Below, piece after piece: positions 30,817 through 32,000 of a DNA stretch of 32,000 nucleotides. The translations under genes were made by a program, and so were the position numbers. The notes beneath the pieces were generated by a model, which made no database searches, was not told the DNA's origin, and saw nothing but the letters and a program-made list of their open reading frames with translations. Position 1 is the first letter of the stretch. Every line of letters begins with the position of its first letter. This stretch comes from Escherichia coli (GTDB lineage: Bacteria > Pseudomonadota > Gammaproteobacteria > Enterobacterales > Enterobacteriaceae). The stretch lies in NCBI RefSeq assembly GCF_041320205.1, contig NZ_CP100996.1. One strand, 5' to 3'.

Positions 30817-31568
30817 GAGAAAAAGAGTCGCCAGCAATGAAAGCGTTACGCATTATCTATGGTGATGAGGTCATCACCGTACAGTGTGTTCCGCGTCAGG
30901 TCGTAAAGGGCAGGGTGCTCATCAAGGTTTATCCGGACTGCCGGGTTGTGGCCTCTGTACCGCCTGAAACACCGGAGCACGAGGTATTGTCTGCGCTGAA
31001 AAAAAGAGGGCGCTGGATATACCAGCAACTGCGTGATTTCAGGGAGCAACAGACACACATTGTTCCGCGTCAGTATGTCAGCGGAGAAAGCCATTATTAT
31101 CTCGGTAAGCAATATCAGTTGAAAGTGACAGAAGACGCTACTGTGCCGCAACGAGTGAAAATGTTGCGTGGGCGTCTGGAAGTGACTGTCAGACACAAAT
31201 CGGCAGAAAAGATTAAAGCCTTGCTGGCTGAATGGTATCGGGAACGTGCCAGAGATGTTTTTCAGCGCAGGCTTGATTTACTGATTCCGCAGACCCTTTG
31301 GGTCAGTGAGCGTCCTCCGATACGTCTGCGGGCGATGCAAACGCAATGGGGCAACTGTTCAGCAAAAGGCTGTCTGACCCTGAATCCATGGCTGGTTAAG
31401 GCATCCTCAGAATGTATCGATTATGTTTTGCTACATGAGTTATGCCATGTGGCTGAGCACAACCACAGCGAGGAGTTTTACCGTCTGATGGGGCAGGTTA
31501 TGCCTGGGTGGGAAAAGGTCAAGAAACGACTGGATGGGATGGCTGGGATGTTGTTGGCTGATATGTAA
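30813..31568 (+). CDS. YgjP-like metallopeptidase-domain protein
   Basis: LLHELCHVAEHNHSEEFYRLMGQVMPGW (HExxH); ATG overlaps hsdR stop (ATGA). Confidence 0.85.
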   Translation: MREKESPAMKALRIIYGDEVITVQCVPRQVVKGRVLIKVYPDCRVVASVPPETPEHEVLSALKKRGRWIYQQLRDFREQQTHIVPRQYVSGESHYYLGKQYQLKVTEDATVPQRVKMLRGRLEVTVRHKSAEKIKALLAEWYRERARDVFQRRLDLLIPQTLWVSERPPIRLRAMQTQWGNCSAKGCLTLNPWLVKASSECIDYVLLHELCHVAEHNHSEEFYRLMGQVMPGWEKVKKRLDGMAGMLLADM

Positions 31569-31623
31569 CTTATCAATATGAGTTCTTAAGGGTTTGGTCA
31601 GTCTCGTTAATGTAGGGAGTATA

Positions 31624-32000
31624 ATAATGAGTAAGTTAGATAATAAAATTGAAGCACGCCATCGTAATTTGTTTGATGTTCTAAATGCGCAAAAATATAC
31701 CGTTGATTACTTTCAGCGCGAGTATAGCTGGGGTGAGAAACATATTGAAGAGTTGGTTACAGACTTAACATCTGCGTTTCTCAATGAATACACCGTCGGT
31801 GATTCTCGGGAGCAGGGTGAAAACTACAATAATTATTACTTAGGACCATTTGTTGTGAGTAGTAAAGATGGGAAACGGAGTATTGTTGATGGTCAGCAAC
31901 GACTGACTTCATTAACTTTATTTCTAATTTACCTCCATAACCTTCAGAAAGAACTTAAATATGAAGAGAAAATAGAATCAATGATTTTCTCCGAGTTACG
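31624..32000 (+). CDS. DUF262 domain protein, N-terminal part (continues beyond window)
   Basis: ATG at 31624: MSKLDNKIEARHRNLFDVLNAQKYTVDYFQREYSWGEKHIEELVTDL...YYLGPFVVSSKDGKRSIVDGQQRLTSLTLF, DUF262/GmrS-like core (DGQQR). Confidence 0.85.
   Translation, partial: MMSKLDNKIEARHRNLFDVLNAQKYTVDYFQREYSWGEKHIEELVTDLTSAFLNEYTVGDSREQGENYNNYYLGPFVVSSKDGKRSIVDGQQRLTSLTLFLIYLHNLQKELKYEEKIESMIFSEL

Overview
The window is Escherichia-like chromosome joined to a large integrated element. Bases 1-~5600 are ordinary backbone: the tcyN/yecC 3' end, sdiA, yecF, uvrY, uvrC, pgsA, then the glyW-cysT-leuZ tRNA cluster. From just after leuZ to the right edge (and probably beyond) lies a mobile element best interpreted as a pipolin. 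It has a family-B DNA polymerase with exonuclease and polymerase motifs (piPolB-like), two different tyrosine recombinases, an AlpA-type small HTH/excisionase candidate, a frameshifted uracil-DNA-glycosylase-like gene and a DUF2787 protein. It also carries a type I R-M locus (hsdM, hsdS interrupted by IS5, hsdR). Embedded in or appended to the R-M locus are a YecA/UPF0149+SEC-C paralog, a ~594-aa cold-shock-like/Cys-cluster protein of unknown function, a YgjP-like HELCH metallopeptidase-domain protein and a DUF262 protein running off the edge. Three IS elements (IS903-like, IS1, IS5) have modified it. Pipolins are already described. The least explained parts are (i) the unknown genes inside the R-M operon, (ii) a diverged ~100-bp repeat shared by the promoter area of a WYL/DeoR-like regulator fragment and the region upstream of hsdM, (iii) an hsdS split by IS5 that may leave a functional half-S, (iv) two uncharacterised 376/411-aa proteins, and (v) a yecA-like cargo gene in an element integrated next to the normal yecA locus. 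Family names rest on motifs and remembered homologs; no database search was run.
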